From: Clostridiales bacterium
Lineage (GTDB): Bacteria; Bacillota; Clostridia; Lachnospirales; Lachnospiraceae
NCBI GenBank assembly: GCA_012520645.1
Contig: JAAYNV010000025.1
Location: forward strand, 24,137 to 88,136
Reading direction: 5' to 3'
Length of the DNA stretch: 64,000 bases
Numbering within the stretch: the stretch's first letter is position 1; each line of letters opens with the position of its first letter. This document shows positions 50,006 through 60,499 of this stretch, piece by piece. The position numbers and the translations under genes are program-made. Under the pieces are notes generated by a model. The model worked only from the letters and a program-made list of their open reading frames with translations, was not told where the DNA came from and did not search any database.

Positions 50006-52354
50006 ATGGAAAATAAAAAGGGAATACAAATACTTCCGGTGGTGGCTTTGAGAGGGATTACTATCCTGCCGGATATGATCATACATTTTGATCTGAGCCG
50101 TGAAAAATCAATTGCGGCTGTACAACAGGCTATGATCCGGGATCGAAGGCTGTTAGTGATTGCACAGAAAAACTCAGATGTGGAAGATCCGGGACAGCAG
50201 GATCTGTATCGGATCGGTACGGTAGTATTGGTAAAACAGGTGACAAAGCTTCCGAGTGGAATCTTAAGAGTGCTGGTGGACAGTGGGAAAAGAGCCAGAC
50301 TGGAGCAACTGGATGAAAGCAATGAGGAATATTTGTCAGGAGATATTTCGTTCCTGGATGAAGAAGATGAAAAGCCGGATGAAATACAGGAAGAGGCTAT
50401 GATCCGGCATTTGAGGGAACTATTTGAAGAATATCTGTTACTGCACCCAAAGACCGGAAAATCTCTGGCAAAGCATATGGATCAGATTACAGATGTAGAG
50501 GATTTCATCAATCAGATTGTGATCAGCATGCCGCTCAGCCATTCTTCGAAGCAAAAGATTCTTGAAATGGCAAAAACGGAGGAACGTTTTGATTTTCTTG
50601 CACAGGTGCTGCGTAGTGAAATTGAGATCAGCCATGCCAAAATGGAGCTGTCAAACAGAATCAAGGAACGTGTGGAAAAGAATCAGAGAGAATATCTTCT
50701 GCGGGAGCAGATGAACTTTATACGAGAGGAGCTTGGGGATAAAAGCGGTCTTTCGGAGGCAGAGCAGTTTGAAGAAGAATGCGAAAAGCTGAAGGCTCCC
50801 AAGGAGGTCAAGGCAAAGGTTCAAAAAGAAATCCGGCGTTTTCTGTCGATTTCCACGAACAGTTCGGAAAGTGCGGTGGAGCGCAGTTATATTGAGACGC
50901 TTTTGGAAATGCCATGGGATAAGATGTCAAAGGACAGTACGGATATCGGAAAGGCAGAGGCAATTTTAAATTCGGATCATTATGGGCTGGAGCAGGTCAA
51001 GGAACGTATTCTTGAATTTCTTGCAGTACGTGCCCTTACGAGGCATGGAGACAGTCCGATTATCTGTCTGATCGGACCGCCGGGAACCGGAAAGACCTCG
51101 ATTGCCAGAAGTGTGGCTAAAGCATTGAATAAGAAATATGTGCGAATCAGTCTGGGAGGAATCCGGGATGAAAGTGAAATCAGGGGACACCGGAGAACTT
51201 ATGTTGGAGCGATGCCGGGAAGAATTGCGGCGGGTCTAAGGACAGCCGGGGTAAAGAATCCCCTGATGCTGTTAGATGAGATCGATAAGGTAAGCGGGGA
51301 TAACCATAGAGGCGATACAGCGGCAGCGTTGTTAGAAGTACTGGATTCCGAGCAGAATAAGCGGTTTCGGGATCATTACATTGAACTTCCTGTGGATCTG
51401 TCAGAGGTGCTCTTTATAGCGACAGCCAATTCAGCATCTACGATTCCAAGACCGCTGTTAGACCGTATGGAACTCATTGAAGTAACCAGCTATACGGCAA
51501 ATGAGAAATTTCATATTGCAAAAGAGCATTTGGTGGAGAAGCAGATTGGTAAGAACGGTCTGGATACGGAACGCTTTTCCATCAGTGACAGTGCTCTTCA
51601 AAAACTGATCTCAGGCTATACGAGAGAGGCAGGAGTGCGGAATCTGGAAAGGAAGATTGGAGCCATCTGCAGAAAGGCAGCAAGGGAAATCCTGCAGAAG
51701 AATAAAAAAAATGTGCGTATCACTGCCGGAAATCTGGAAAAATATCTTGGAAAGCCCCGTTATCAGCAGGATAAGGCGAATGAGACCGATGAAATCGGTA
51801 TAGCGCGTGGACTGGCCTGGACAAGTGTGGGAGGCGATACGCTTCAGATCGAGGTCAATATGATGCCGGGGAAGGGAGAAATTGAACTGACCGGTCAGAT
51901 GGGAGATGTCATGAAAGAGTCTGCCAAGACAGGGTTTAGCTATATCCGGTCCATTAGTGATGATTATAAGATTGACGCAAAAGTATTTAAGGAACATGAT
52001 TTTCATATTCATATTCCAGAGGGTGCGGTTCCAAAGGATGGACCAAGTGCCGGAATTACGATGGCAACGGCAATGCTTTCGGTACTGACCGGTATTCCAG
52101 TTCGGGCAGATATAGCCATGACGGGCGAGATTACACTGCGCGGCAGAGTACTGCCGATCGGCGGATTAAAAGAAAAGACACTGGCTGCCAAAATGGCAGG
52201 CATTAAAACGGTACTGGTTCCGAAACAGAATGAAAAGGATGTAGAAGAGATTCCAAAGGAAATCAAGTCCGGGCTGCAGATTATCTTCGTAGAGAATATG
52301 CGTGAGGTTATAGAACAGGCTTTTGTAAATGAGGTGAAAACGGATGGTCATTAA
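50006..52354 (+). CDS. lon: Lon protease (LonA)
   Basis: 782 aa with a Lon N-terminal domain, Walker [10 protein letters not shown] and the proteolytic Ser in PKDGPSAG. Confidence 0.95.
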   Translation: MENKKGIQILPVVALRGITILPDMIIHFDLSREKSIAAVQQAMIRDRRLLVIAQKNSDVEDPGQQDLYRIGTVVLVKQVTKLPSGILRVLVDSGKRARLEQLDESNEEYLSGDISFLDEEDEKPDEIQEEAMIRHLRELFEEYLLLHPKTGKSLAKHMDQITDVEDFINQIVISMPLSHSSKQKILEMAKTEERFDFLAQVLRSEIEISHAKMELSNRIKERVEKNQREYLLREQMNFIREELGDKSGLSEAEQFEEECEKLKAPKEVKAKVQKEIRRFLSISTNSSESAVERSYIETLLEMPWDKMSKDSTDIGKAEAILNSDHYGLEQVKERILEFLAVRALTRHGDSPIICLIGPPGTGKTSIARSVAKALNKKYVRISLGGIRDESEIRGHRRTYVGAMPGRIAAGLRTAGVKNPLMLLDEIDKVSGDNHRGDTAAALLEVLDSEQNKRFRDHYIELPVDLSEVLFIATANSASTIPRPLLDRMELIEVTSYTANEKFHIAKEHLVEKQIGKNGLDTERFSISDSALQKLISGYTREAGVRNLERKIGAICRKAAREILQKNKKNVRITAGNLEKYLGKPRYQQDKANETDEIGIARGLAWTSVGGDTLQIEVNMMPGKGEIELTGQMGDVMKESAKTGFSYIRSISDDYKIDAKVFKEHDFHIHIPEGAVPKDGPSAGITMATAMLSVLTGIPVRADIAMTGEITLRGRVLPIGGLKEKTLAAKMAGIKTVLVPKQNEKDVEEIPKEIKSGLQIIFVENMREVIEQAFVNEVKTDGH

Positions 52355-52949
52355 AAATGTAAATCTGGAGACGGTATGCGGCATTACAAGCAAATTGCCG
52401 GAAAATACTCTGCCGGAGTTAGCTTTTGCAGGAAAGAGTAATGTCGGAAAATCGTCTTTGATCAATGCACTGATGAATAGAAAGTCACTGGCACGTACCA
52501 GTGCCCAGCCGGGTAAGACACAGACAATCAATTTTTACAATATTAACAGCGAAATGTACTTTGTGGATCTGCCGGGCTACGGCTATGCGAAGGTGGCAGA
52601 AGAGGTCAAACAGAAGTGGGGAAAAATGATCGAGAGGTATCTGCATCAGTCGGTACAGCTGAAAGCTGTATTTCTGCTGATCGATATCAGACATGAGCCG
52701 GGTGCCAATGACCGAAATATGTATGAGTGGATACTGCATCAGGGCTATCAGCCGGTCATTATTGCGACCAAACTGGACAAGATAAACAGAAGTCAGGTTC
52801 AGAAGCATATTAAGATGCTGAAAGAAGGACTTCAGGTAGTAAAAGGAACGGTTGTTATTCCATTTTCGGCACAGACGAAGCAGGGAAGAGACGAAATCTA
52901 TGCGTATATTGAGGAACTTCTGATGGGAGAAAGAAGGGAAGAAGAATGA
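52344..52949 (+). CDS. engB: Ribosome biogenesis GTP-binding protein YihA/YsxC
   Basis: 201 aa with the G1 motif [15 protein letters not shown] and TKLDK. It overlaps the lon 3' end by 11 nt. The lon-engB order is the classical synteny. Confidence 0.9.
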   Translation: MVIKNVNLETVCGITSKLPENTLPELAFAGKSNVGKSSLINALMNRKSLARTSAQPGKTQTINFYNINSEMYFVDLPGYGYAKVAEEVKQKWGKMIERYLHQSVQLKAVFLLIDIRHEPGANDRNMYEWILHQGYQPVIIATKLDKINRSQVQKHIKMLKEGLQVVKGTVVIPFSAQTKQGRDEIYAYIEELLMGERREEE

Positions 52950-54130
52950 AGAAAAGATACATGAAGGCGATTGTGAATCTTTTCGTTGCTGCGGTGACAT
53001 TACTTTTATGTATATTTGTTTTACCAAAGCTGCTTATGTTCTTCATGCCGTTTGTGATTGGCTGGATTATCTCACTGATCGCAAGCCCGCTTGTCCGTTT
53101 TTTTGAGGAAAAGCTGAAGGTTAAGAGGAAAGCCGGAAGTGCGGTTGTGATTGTCAGCGTAATAGCAGGTGTTATATTATTGTTCTATGTAGCATCTGTC
53201 AAGCTGGTGCAGGAAGCAGCGGGATTTATCCAGTCCCTGCCGGAAATGTGGCAGAGCATGGAGGCGGATTTTGCAAGTATTGGAAAAAATCTTGATGTGC
53301 TTTTTGCGAGGTTCCCGAGGGAAGTGCAGGAGTGGTTTACCAATATCAGTCTGAATGCGGAAGATTACATTGGTGATCTGGTAAGCAATATAAGCACACC
53401 GACTATGAATGCGGTAGGAAACTTTGCTAAAAATGTACCGACGGTTATTATATCTATCATTATGTGTCTGCTGGCATCTTACTTTTTTGTGGCGGATAAG
53501 GAAGGAATCAACAGCTTTTGTAAAAGATGTATGCCGGCTGCATTGCAGGAGAAGTGGTTTCTTATAACGGGCAGCGTAAAAAGTGCAGTTGGGGGATATT
53601 TTAAAGCACAATTTAAGATTGAGGTCTGGATTTATCTGCTGCTGGTAATCGGTCTTATGATTCTGGGGATTGACTACAGTTTCCTGATTGCTTTTGGTAT
53701 TGCGATTCTGGATCTGCTTCCTTTTTTTGGTACCGGAGCAGTGATGTGGCCGTGGGCTATCGTGAAATTTTTAAGTGGCGATTATAAGATGACTATCGGT
53801 CTGCTTATTATATGGGGTGTGGGACAGCTTGTCCGTCAGATCATACAGCCTAAGATTGTAGGAGATTCCATCGGGCTGGCACCTATGCCGACATTATTAC
53901 TGCTGTTTATTGGCTATAAGTTTGGCGGTGTGCTTGGAATGATCATAGCGATTCCAATCGGCATTGTCGTTGTAAATATGTACGAAGCCGGTGTGTTCAA
54001 TTCTGCCAGAGACAGTATCCGGATTCTGGTAAATGGGGTGAATTCCTTTCGAAAGCTGACAGAAGAGGATCGAAATTTTAAAGATAATTTTGACGGAAGC
54101 ATTGATGAAAAAAGTGATGAAAAATTATAA
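52946..54130 (+). CDS. ytvI: Sporulation integral membrane protein YtvI (AI-2E/PerM transporter family)
   Basis: 394 aa, polytopic. The overall pattern fits the YtvI/PerM family. It overlaps the engB stop by 4 nt. Confidence 0.72.
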   Translation: MKKRYMKAIVNLFVAAVTLLLCIFVLPKLLMFFMPFVIGWIISLIASPLVRFFEEKLKVKRKAGSAVVIVSVIAGVILLFYVASVKLVQEAAGFIQSLPEMWQSMEADFASIGKNLDVLFARFPREVQEWFTNISLNAEDYIGDLVSNISTPTMNAVGNFAKNVPTVIISIIMCLLASYFFVADKEGINSFCKRCMPAALQEKWFLITGSVKSAVGGYFKAQFKIEVWIYLLLVIGLMILGIDYSFLIAFGIAILDLLPFFGTGAVMWPWAIVKFLSGDYKMTIGLLIIWGVGQLVRQIIQPKIVGDSIGLAPMPTLLLLFIGYKFGGVLGMIIAIPIGIVVVNMYEAGVFNSARDSIRILVNGVNSFRKLTEEDRNFKDNFDGSIDEKSDEKL

Positions 54131-54872
54131 GATGATATTACAATATGAAGGGACACGTTATCAGGGATGGCAGAGGCAGGAAAGTACTGACAATACGATT
54201 CAGGGAAAGCTGGAAGCCATTCTGACGAAGTTTACCGGAGTCAGGACTGAGGTGCAGGGTTCCGGCAGGACGGATGCCGGAGTACATGCTATCGGTCAAG
54301 TGGCGAATTTTCGTATGGATGAGCAGATCGTTTGTGACAGGAAGCTTACGGCAGAAGAAATAATGAAATATATCAACTGTTATTTGCCGGATGACATTGC
54401 GGTTATCGCGATGGAAGAAGTACCGGAGCGGTTTCACAGCAGACTGAATGCAAAGGAAAAGATATATTGTTATCGTGTCTTAAACAGTGCCATTCCGCAT
54501 ATATTTGACAGAAGATATGTGTTTGAGGTGCCGGATAAGCTGGACATACAGGCGATGCGTGAGGCTGCGGCAGCCTTTCTCGGGGAACATGATTTTAAGT
54601 CCTTTACCTCGAATAAGAGGGGGAAGAAATCCACGGTTCGTTCTATTTATGAGATTCGTATTGAAAGAATTGGTGATGAAATCCGTTTTACCTATCGCGG
54701 AAACGGATTTTTATATCATATGGTGCGGATTCTTACCGGAACGCTGCTTGAGGTTGGAATGGGAAAGCGGAAAGCAGATGAGATGGAGCGCATTCTGCGG
54801 ATGAAAAACAGGGAAGCAGCGGGTTTTCTTGTACCGGGAAAGGGTCTTACCCTGATGGAGGTAAGGTATTGA
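54117..54872 (+). CDS. truA: tRNA pseudouridine(38-40) synthase
   Basis: The start is uncertain (in-frame ATGs at 54090, 54105, 54117 and 54132). I chose 54117, giving MKNYKMILQYEGTRYQGWQRQ. The catalytic motif GSGRTDAGVHA is present. Confidence 0.85.
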   Translation: MKNYKMILQYEGTRYQGWQRQESTDNTIQGKLEAILTKFTGVRTEVQGSGRTDAGVHAIGQVANFRMDEQIVCDRKLTAEEIMKYINCYLPDDIAVIAMEEVPERFHSRLNAKEKIYCYRVLNSAIPHIFDRRYVFEVPDKLDIQAMREAAAAFLGEHDFKSFTSNKRGKKSTVRSIYEIRIERIGDEIRFTYRGNGFLYHMVRILTGTLLEVGMGKRKADEMERILRMKNREAAGFLVPGKGLTLMEVRY

Positions 54873-55345
54873 AGAAGGAAGGAAACAGACTGCAGATGAT
54901 TTTTGTTCTGTATGTTCTGATTATCATACGGTTGATTGTTTTTAAATATCCGTATAGTGAACTAAAGGAGATTGCGGACAGCTGGCAGAAAAATGTCATT
55001 TTAGAGGGGCTGGATACCGCAAACTTTACGCCATTTAAGACAATCAGGATGTATATCCGCTATTATGACAGATTGAACAGCTTTGAAAATTTGTTTGGAA
55101 ATATTCTGATTTTTATTCCCTATGGGTATCTTCTTCCGGCAGCCTTTCGAAAGTACCGGAATTTTCTGCTGTTTTTTAGCGGAACTTTTCTGTTTGTCAC
55201 AGGAATTGAGGTGTTTCAGCTGTTCAGTGCCTTTGGCGCATTTGATGTGGATGATTTTATACTGAATTGTTTCGGAAGTTGCATAGGATATGTGTTGTTC
55301 TGGGCAGCAGAAAAATGGCGCAGCCATAAAAAACAGGTTTATTAA
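54869..55345 (+). CDS. VanZ family membrane protein
   Basis: 158 aa. The TTG start has GGAGG 7 nt upstream and overlaps the truA stop. The motif GNILIFIPYGYLLP and four transmembrane spans are present. Confidence 0.72.
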   Translation: MKKEGNRLQMIFVLYVLIIIRLIVFKYPYSELKEIADSWQKNVILEGLDTANFTPFKTIRMYIRYYDRLNSFENLFGNILIFIPYGYLLPAAFRKYRNFLLFFSGTFLFVTGIEVFQLFSAFGAFDVDDFILNCFGSCIGYVLFWAAEKWRSHKKQVY

Positions 55346-55450
55346 GGAAATTATAAGAAAATACCAAGAAAAAACGAAATGTAGAGGAGGATAGGAAGCG
55401 GTAGTGATAAGACGGTAGAAGTGAATGGTAAGAAAAAAGTTCCGTTTGAC

Positions 55451-55501
55451 TTGACAAAATCCCTTTGTTGCATTATTGTATTAAAGAAACAGTACAATAA
55501 T
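55451..55501 (+). promoter_or_regulatory. Promoter plus inverted-repeat operator upstream of the ABC exporter pair
   Basis: TTGACA (55451-55456), a 17-nt spacer, then TATTGT (55474-55479). The 9-bp inverted repeat ATTATTGTA (55472-55480) and TACAATAAT (55493-55501) overlaps the -10. Confidence 0.4.
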
Positions 55502-55526
55502 ACAACAATACAAGAGGGGACAAATT

Positions 55527-56228
55527 ATGCTGGAAGTGAATGGACTTACGAAAAAATATGGGAAAAAGACAGCGGTAGATGAGATCAGCTTTTCCATACC
55601 GGATGGATGTGTCGGTATCTTACTTGGTCCGAACGGTGCGGGAAAATCAACGGTGATCAAGAGTATTGCCGGACTGCACAAATATGAAGGCGTGATCCGT
55701 ATACAGGGAATGGATGCCGGTGAACGGCGTGCAAAGGAGAGTTTTGCCTATGTGCCGGAGATGCCGGCCATGTATGAGGCGCTGAGTGTATGCGAGCATT
55801 TGGAATTTATAAAAAAGGCATATGCAATCGAAGATGGAAAGGAAGAGACAGAAAAGCTGCTCAGACGGTTTGAACTGGATGATAAACAGGAGAAGCTTGG
55901 AAATGAACTTTCCAAAGGTATGATGCAGAAGGTAAGTCTATGTATGGGACTTGTGATTAGACCGAAGGTGCTTTTGCTGGACGAACCGATGGTAGGTCTG
56001 GATCCGGCTGCAATACGTGAATTAAAGGAAATTGTGCTGGAAGAGAAGAAAAAGGGCACAACAATATTGATCAGTACGCACATGCTGGAGATGGTAAAGG
56101 AGCTTTGGGATATTGTTTTTATTATGGAGGAGGGCAAGATCATTGGTTCCTTTAAACGAGATGAGATAAAGGATGGAAATGTGGAAGAACTGTTTTTCCG
56201 TCTGACCGGAAGAAAAGAAGCGGTCTGA
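55527..56228 (+). CDS. ABC transporter ATP-binding protein
   Basis: 233 aa with Walker A GPNGAGKST, the signature LSKGMMQK and Walker B LLLDEP. Confidence 0.9.
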   Translation: MLEVNGLTKKYGKKTAVDEISFSIPDGCVGILLGPNGAGKSTVIKSIAGLHKYEGVIRIQGMDAGERRAKESFAYVPEMPAMYEALSVCEHLEFIKKAYAIEDGKEETEKLLRRFELDDKQEKLGNELSKGMMQKVSLCMGLVIRPKVLLLDEPMVGLDPAAIRELKEIVLEEKKKGTTILISTHMLEMVKELWDIVFIMEEGKIIGSFKRDEIKDGNVEELFFRLTGRKEAV

Positions 56229-56241
56229 GGGAGGACAGAAG

Positions 56242-57804
56242 ATGGAAGCCATTTTTTATTTATATAAGACAGAATGGAAGAATTGGATCAAAAAGGCGGC
56301 AGCAAGACCTTCGACTTATGTGTGGCTTATATTTATTGCCTTATATGTGCTGGGGGTCGGCGGTAGTTTTTTAAGTCTGTTTAAAGCGTATGATCTGGCA
56401 AATGCAAGGGGAATGATGGCAGTGTTTACGCTGACAGTGTTCTTTTTTGTACCGGGCAATCTGATGGCATATGCGAAAAGAAAGGGGCTGGTATTCCGAC
56501 AGGCGGACTGTAATGTGCTCTTTCAGTCGGGAATCAGTCCGAAGAAGCTGCTGTTATATGCCCATATGAAAAATGTGGCATTGTCTTCCCTTGTCAGTGT
56601 GGTGATAGCAGTGCTTGGTATATGTTTCTTTCATATAGCAGTGTGGCAGGCAGTGCTTCTGCTTTTGGTCAGTCTGGCAGCAGAAAATGTAATGGAGGCA
56701 TCCTTGATGGTGCTTTTATATGGAAACGAGCGGCTTGGAAGCCTGGGACGGAATCTGATTCGGGCTGCCATGTTTGCCTGTATGAGTCTGTTTGTGGTAA
56801 TCGGTGTCTGGATTTATTTTCGCTCCGGCAGACAGATTATGAGTCTTGCAGGTTATCTGGAGCATCCGCTTTTACAGACGGTTCCGTTTGCCGGATGGTA
56901 TATCGGTATTCTGGATTTGATTTTGATGGGACCAAACCCGCTGAATGTGGCGGTTTCTGTGTGCTACATGGGTACGGTGGTCCTGTGTGCGATCCTGGCA
57001 GTCAGAATGAAATGTACCGGAGTCTATTATGAGGAGGCACTGGAATTTGCAAAGGAATATGCTGAAAAGCGTAAGCGGAGCCGGAAGGGTGAGCTGGTGG
57101 TTGGAAATAAGCAGAAGCATTACAAGAGCGCAGTGGTAAACTACAGGGGAAACCGTGCAAGGGCAATTCTTTACAGGCAGATTCTGGAATATAAGAAAAA
57201 TCGTTTCTTTGTATTTGGAATGGATACGGTCTTAAGTATTGTACTCTGTGTGATCTTTTCGGGATTGGCTAAGGGTGACAGCTTTGGTGTTTTTAAAATT
57301 TTTGTCATTCCGGGGGTGATGGCATATCTCTGTTTTGTTTTTGCCAGTGTACCGGGGAAATGGGCGAAGGAGCTGGAGAAGCCGTATACTTATCTGATAC
57401 CGGATCGGGCAATTCGCAAGCTGTGGTATATGACGGTAATGGAGCATGTAAAGTCTGGAATCGATGGGGCGCTTATGGCGGTTATCCCATGTATTTTGAT
57501 GAAATTGCCGTTACCATATATTTTGATGACGGTGCTGTTATATGTTTGTATGCAGGCATGTAAGATGTATATTACCGTATTGTGTGAGAGTATTTTCGGA
57601 AGGGCACTGGGAGCAGTCGGTAAGCAGTTTATGAGACTTTTTTTGGAGGGCTTTGCGATAGGGCTTGGAATGTTGGCTGCAATCATCGGTGCTGTGGCAG
57701 CACCGGAAATCGGTTTTGTGCTGCTGTTTCTGGTGGAACTTTTACTGGCAGCGGTTCTGTTTTTTACGGCATCTTCGAAACTTGCTTTTTGTCCGGGCGT
57801 CTGA
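56242..57804 (+). CDS. Polytopic membrane protein, putative ABC exporter permease (ABC_export-like)
   Basis: 520 aa with about 10-12 hydrophobic spans and a central charged loop (EKRKRSRKGE). It starts 14 nt after the ATPase gene. Confidence 0.65.
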   Translation: MEAIFYLYKTEWKNWIKKAAARPSTYVWLIFIALYVLGVGGSFLSLFKAYDLANARGMMAVFTLTVFFFVPGNLMAYAKRKGLVFRQADCNVLFQSGISPKKLLLYAHMKNVALSSLVSVVIAVLGICFFHIAVWQAVLLLLVSLAAENVMEASLMVLLYGNERLGSLGRNLIRAAMFACMSLFVVIGVWIYFRSGRQIMSLAGYLEHPLLQTVPFAGWYIGILDLILMGPNPLNVAVSVCYMGTVVLCAILAVRMKCTGVYYEEALEFAKEYAEKRKRSRKGELVVGNKQKHYKSAVVNYRGNRARAILYRQILEYKKNRFFVFGMDTVLSIVLCVIFSGLAKGDSFGVFKIFVIPGVMAYLCFVFASVPGKWAKELEKPYTYLIPDRAIRKLWYMTVMEHVKSGIDGALMAVIPCILMKLPLPYILMTVLLYVCMQACKMYITVLCESIFGRALGAVGKQFMRLFLEGFAIGLGMLAAIIGAVAAPEIGFVLLFLVELLLAAVLFFTASSKLAFCPGV

Positions 57805-57888
57805 TACTCTGGTAGAAAGACAGGTATAGAAAAATCTGTATAAAAACTATTCTGTGAAAAACTTTTATAAAAATCGGGAGGAAAAACG

Positions 57889-58062
57889 ATGATACCAAAA
57901 GATCCGGTTATGCTTTTAAGCTTTGTGAACTTAAAACTCAGAGATTATTATGGAAGTCTGGAGCAAATGTGTGACGAACTGGAAATCGATGAAAAAGAGC
58001 TGACAGAGAAGTTAGGCAGCATTGATTACCATTACAATGCGCAGAAGAACCAGTTTGTTTAA
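57889..58062 (+). CDS. DUF4250-like small protein (57 aa)
   Basis: This ORF is not in the track. GGGAGG lies 7 nt upstream of the ATG. The translation is MIPKDPVMLLSFVNLKLRDYYGSLEQMCDELEIDEKELTEKLGSIDYHYNAQKNQFV, which resembles DUF4250 as I remember the family. Confidence 0.65.
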   Translation: MIPKDPVMLLSFVNLKLRDYYGSLEQMCDELEIDEKELTEKLGSIDYHYNAQKNQFV

Positions 58063-58064
58063 AA

Positions 58065-59582
58065 TTGGAAGAACGGGTTTTCAAAGTGGATGGATTAGAG
58101 CGGACAAAGATTCAGATTACATTAAAATTTTTAAGCGGGAATAAGAGCGGAGCGTCGGAAAGGGAACAGGACATTTTGCTGTCTGTTCATCCTAAAAGCA
58201 GTCTGCTTTCTGTTTGTCAGACGCATGCAGAATATTTGCAGAAGCATGGTATACAGGTGGAGTTGGACGGTCATTGCAACGGGCGGGGAAGCTGCGGAAA
58301 ATGTCGCGTGCAGTTTATGACCGGCGCGCCACTTCCGTCACAGGCGGATCGGCTGCATTTTACGGCAGAAGAGCTGCGAAAGGGGATGCGTCTTGCCTGT
58401 ACAGCCAGACTGATGCAGAATTGTGAGGTTGTTCTGGGGTGGGAAGCGGACAGAAAGATGAGTGTTGTGACCCAATCAGCGATCGCGGCAGCAGTAAAGG
58501 AACCGGACAGAAACGGACAAAGGGATGAAGAACACTGCTTTGTGGCAGTGGATATCGGAACGACTACGGTTGCAATGCAGCTTGTGGAGACGGAGAGCGG
58601 AAGGATTCTGGCGGAGCACTGTTTCTTGAATCCGGGACGGAGATATGGAGCGGATGTGATATCCAGAATAGAGGCATCCTGTGCCGGAGGGCAGGAGCTT
58701 TTGCAAAGAGAGCTTTGGGAGCAGCTTTCCGAGGGAGTCAGTTTTCTTTTTAAGGGAAGAAACAAGGAAAAGCCGGACTATATGGTCTGCACCGGTAACA
58801 CTGCCATGGAGCATATTTTGGAGGGGGTAAGTCTTGCGGGAATGAAAGCGGCACCCTTTGAAGCAGGCGACATATCGCTTCGGGAAATGGTGCTTGACGG
58901 ACAACGTGTTATTTTAATGCCGGGGGCATCAGCCTTTGTCGGCGGAGATATTGTGTCGGGAGTATATGCCTGTGGCATAGAGCAGGCAAAAAGCCCCTGC
59001 CTGTATCTGGATCTGGGAACCAACGGAGAAATGGTGCTTGGCTGCAGAGAACGGATGCTTGCGACTGCCACGGCTGCAGGTCCTGCTTTTGAGGGAAATG
59101 CGACGGTAGGAGTATACGGTGCAGATATGACGGCAGTGATTGCAGGACTGCTTCGAAAAGGTATCCTTGATGAAACCGGACTTTTGCAGGAGCCCTATTT
59201 TGAAAATGGAATAGAAGCAGACGGAGTAAGACTGAACCAACAGAATATCCGGGAGTTTCAGCTTGCCAAGGCGGCAGTGCGCTGTGGCATTGAGGAGCTT
59301 TTAAGGGAATATGGAATTTTAGCAGAAGAAGTGGAATGTGTCTTTTTGGCGGGCGGTTTTGGTTATTATCTGAAAGAAGAGGATGCGCTTTTAACCGGAA
59401 TTATTCCGGCGGAATTTGCGGGGAAGGTGCGGTCTGTCGGCAATGCAGCGCTGGCTGGCGCCGTACGCTTCGGAATGACGTGTGATGCAGGAATTGCAGC
59501 ACTTGGGAAAAGGATTCAAGTGATCAATCTGGCGCAGCAGGAACAGTTTGGAGAGCATTATTTCAGTCTGCTCGGATTTTGA
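58065..59582 (+). CDS. [2Fe-2S] ferredoxin domain fused to an ASKHA-fold ATPase (DUF4445; RACo-like)
   Basis: About 505 aa. The Cys motif is CNGRGSCGKC...C, and the ASKHA phosphate motifs are VDIGTTTV and LDLGTNGE. There is no in-frame ATG near the 5' end, so the start must be TTG at 58065 (2 nt after the upstream stop) or GTG at 58086. Confidence 0.75.
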   Translation: MEERVFKVDGLERTKIQITLKFLSGNKSGASEREQDILLSVHPKSSLLSVCQTHAEYLQKHGIQVELDGHCNGRGSCGKCRVQFMTGAPLPSQADRLHFTAEELRKGMRLACTARLMQNCEVVLGWEADRKMSVVTQSAIAAAVKEPDRNGQRDEEHCFVAVDIGTTTVAMQLVETESGRILAEHCFLNPGRRYGADVISRIEASCAGGQELLQRELWEQLSEGVSFLFKGRNKEKPDYMVCTGNTAMEHILEGVSLAGMKAAPFEAGDISLREMVLDGQRVILMPGASAFVGGDIVSGVYACGIEQAKSPCLYLDLGTNGEMVLGCRERMLATATAAGPAFEGNATVGVYGADMTAVIAGLLRKGILDETGLLQEPYFENGIEADGVRLNQQNIREFQLAKAAVRCGIEELLREYGILAEEVECVFLAGGFGYYLKEEDALLTGIIPAEFAGKVRSVGNAALAGAVRFGMTCDAGIAALGKRIQVINLAQQEQFGEHYFSLLGF

Positions 59583-59641
59583 AGAAGATAAGAATGTAAA
59601 CCGGGCAAATGCCATATGCTTTATTGATAGAAGCATAAGGA

Positions 59642-60391
59642 ATGAGACAGTTGCAGAAATTCAGAAACAGACTTGGAAGCGTGGTATGTGTCCTGGGAGC
59701 ATTGGTGTTTTGCAGTACGGCAGCTTTTTATCATAGAGAAACGGGGACGGGAAAGGTAAGGGATCGGGAAGTGATGTCCGTACATACGGGAGAAGCTTCT
59801 GATTTACAAACGGGTGGTACGACAGGAAAGGGAGAGGTACGAAAGATAGCCATTACCTTTGATGATGGTCCCACAAAATTCTGCACCGATCAGCTTCTGG
59901 ACGGACTAAAGGAGCGGGGCGTACATGCCACCTTTTTTGTAACCGGACAAAATGCGGAACGGTATCCGGATCTGATCAAACGCATGAGTGAGGAAGGGCA
60001 TCTGGTCGGAAATCATACCTACAGCCATATACAACTAAAGAAAAGCAATCGTGAGGAATTTAAGCAGGAGCTTATTAAGACCAACGAGATTATAAACAGC
60101 ATCACCGGAGAGGAGGTGCTGTTTGTGCGTCCGCCCTATGGTACATGGGACAAATCCTTTGAAAGCGAGTTAAATATGTTTCCGGTGCTCTGGAATATTG
60201 ATCCGTTGGACTGGTGTACGGACAATGCCGACTGTGTGACAAGAAAGGTGGTATCGAAGGCACAGGACAATGCCATTATCCTAATGCACGACAATTATGA
60301 TTCCACGGTGACAGCAGCTTTACGAATCATTGATGAGTTGGAAAAACAGGGGTATGAGTTTGTGACAGTGGAGGAGATATTGTTTGACTGA
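59642..60391 (+). CDS. Polysaccharide deacetylase (CE4, NodB domain) with N-terminal anchor
   Basis: 249 aa with a transmembrane helix and motifs TFDDGP, HTYSH and RPPYG. Confidence 0.85.
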   Translation: MRQLQKFRNRLGSVVCVLGALVFCSTAAFYHRETGTGKVRDREVMSVHTGEASDLQTGGTTGKGEVRKIAITFDDGPTKFCTDQLLDGLKERGVHATFFVTGQNAERYPDLIKRMSEEGHLVGNHTYSHIQLKKSNREEFKQELIKTNEIINSITGEEVLFVRPPYGTWDKSFESELNMFPVLWNIDPLDWCTDNADCVTRKVVSKAQDNAIILMHDNYDSTVTAALRIIDELEKQGYEFVTVEEILFD

Positions 60392-60428
60392 AACAGGCAG
60401 GAAAAACAAGTCCTATGCCAATAAAAAA

Positions 60429-60457
60429 TTGCAACATAAATAGTACTTTGTTATAAT
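60429..60457 (+). promoter_or_regulatory. Sigma-A promoter of the TPR/NTase gene
   Basis: TTGCAA (60429-60434), a 17-nt spacer, then TATAAT (60452-60457). Confidence 0.6.
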
Positions 60458-60499
60458 TCCAGTAATAGAAATACAGCAGAAAGGACAAGGTACTCCGAT

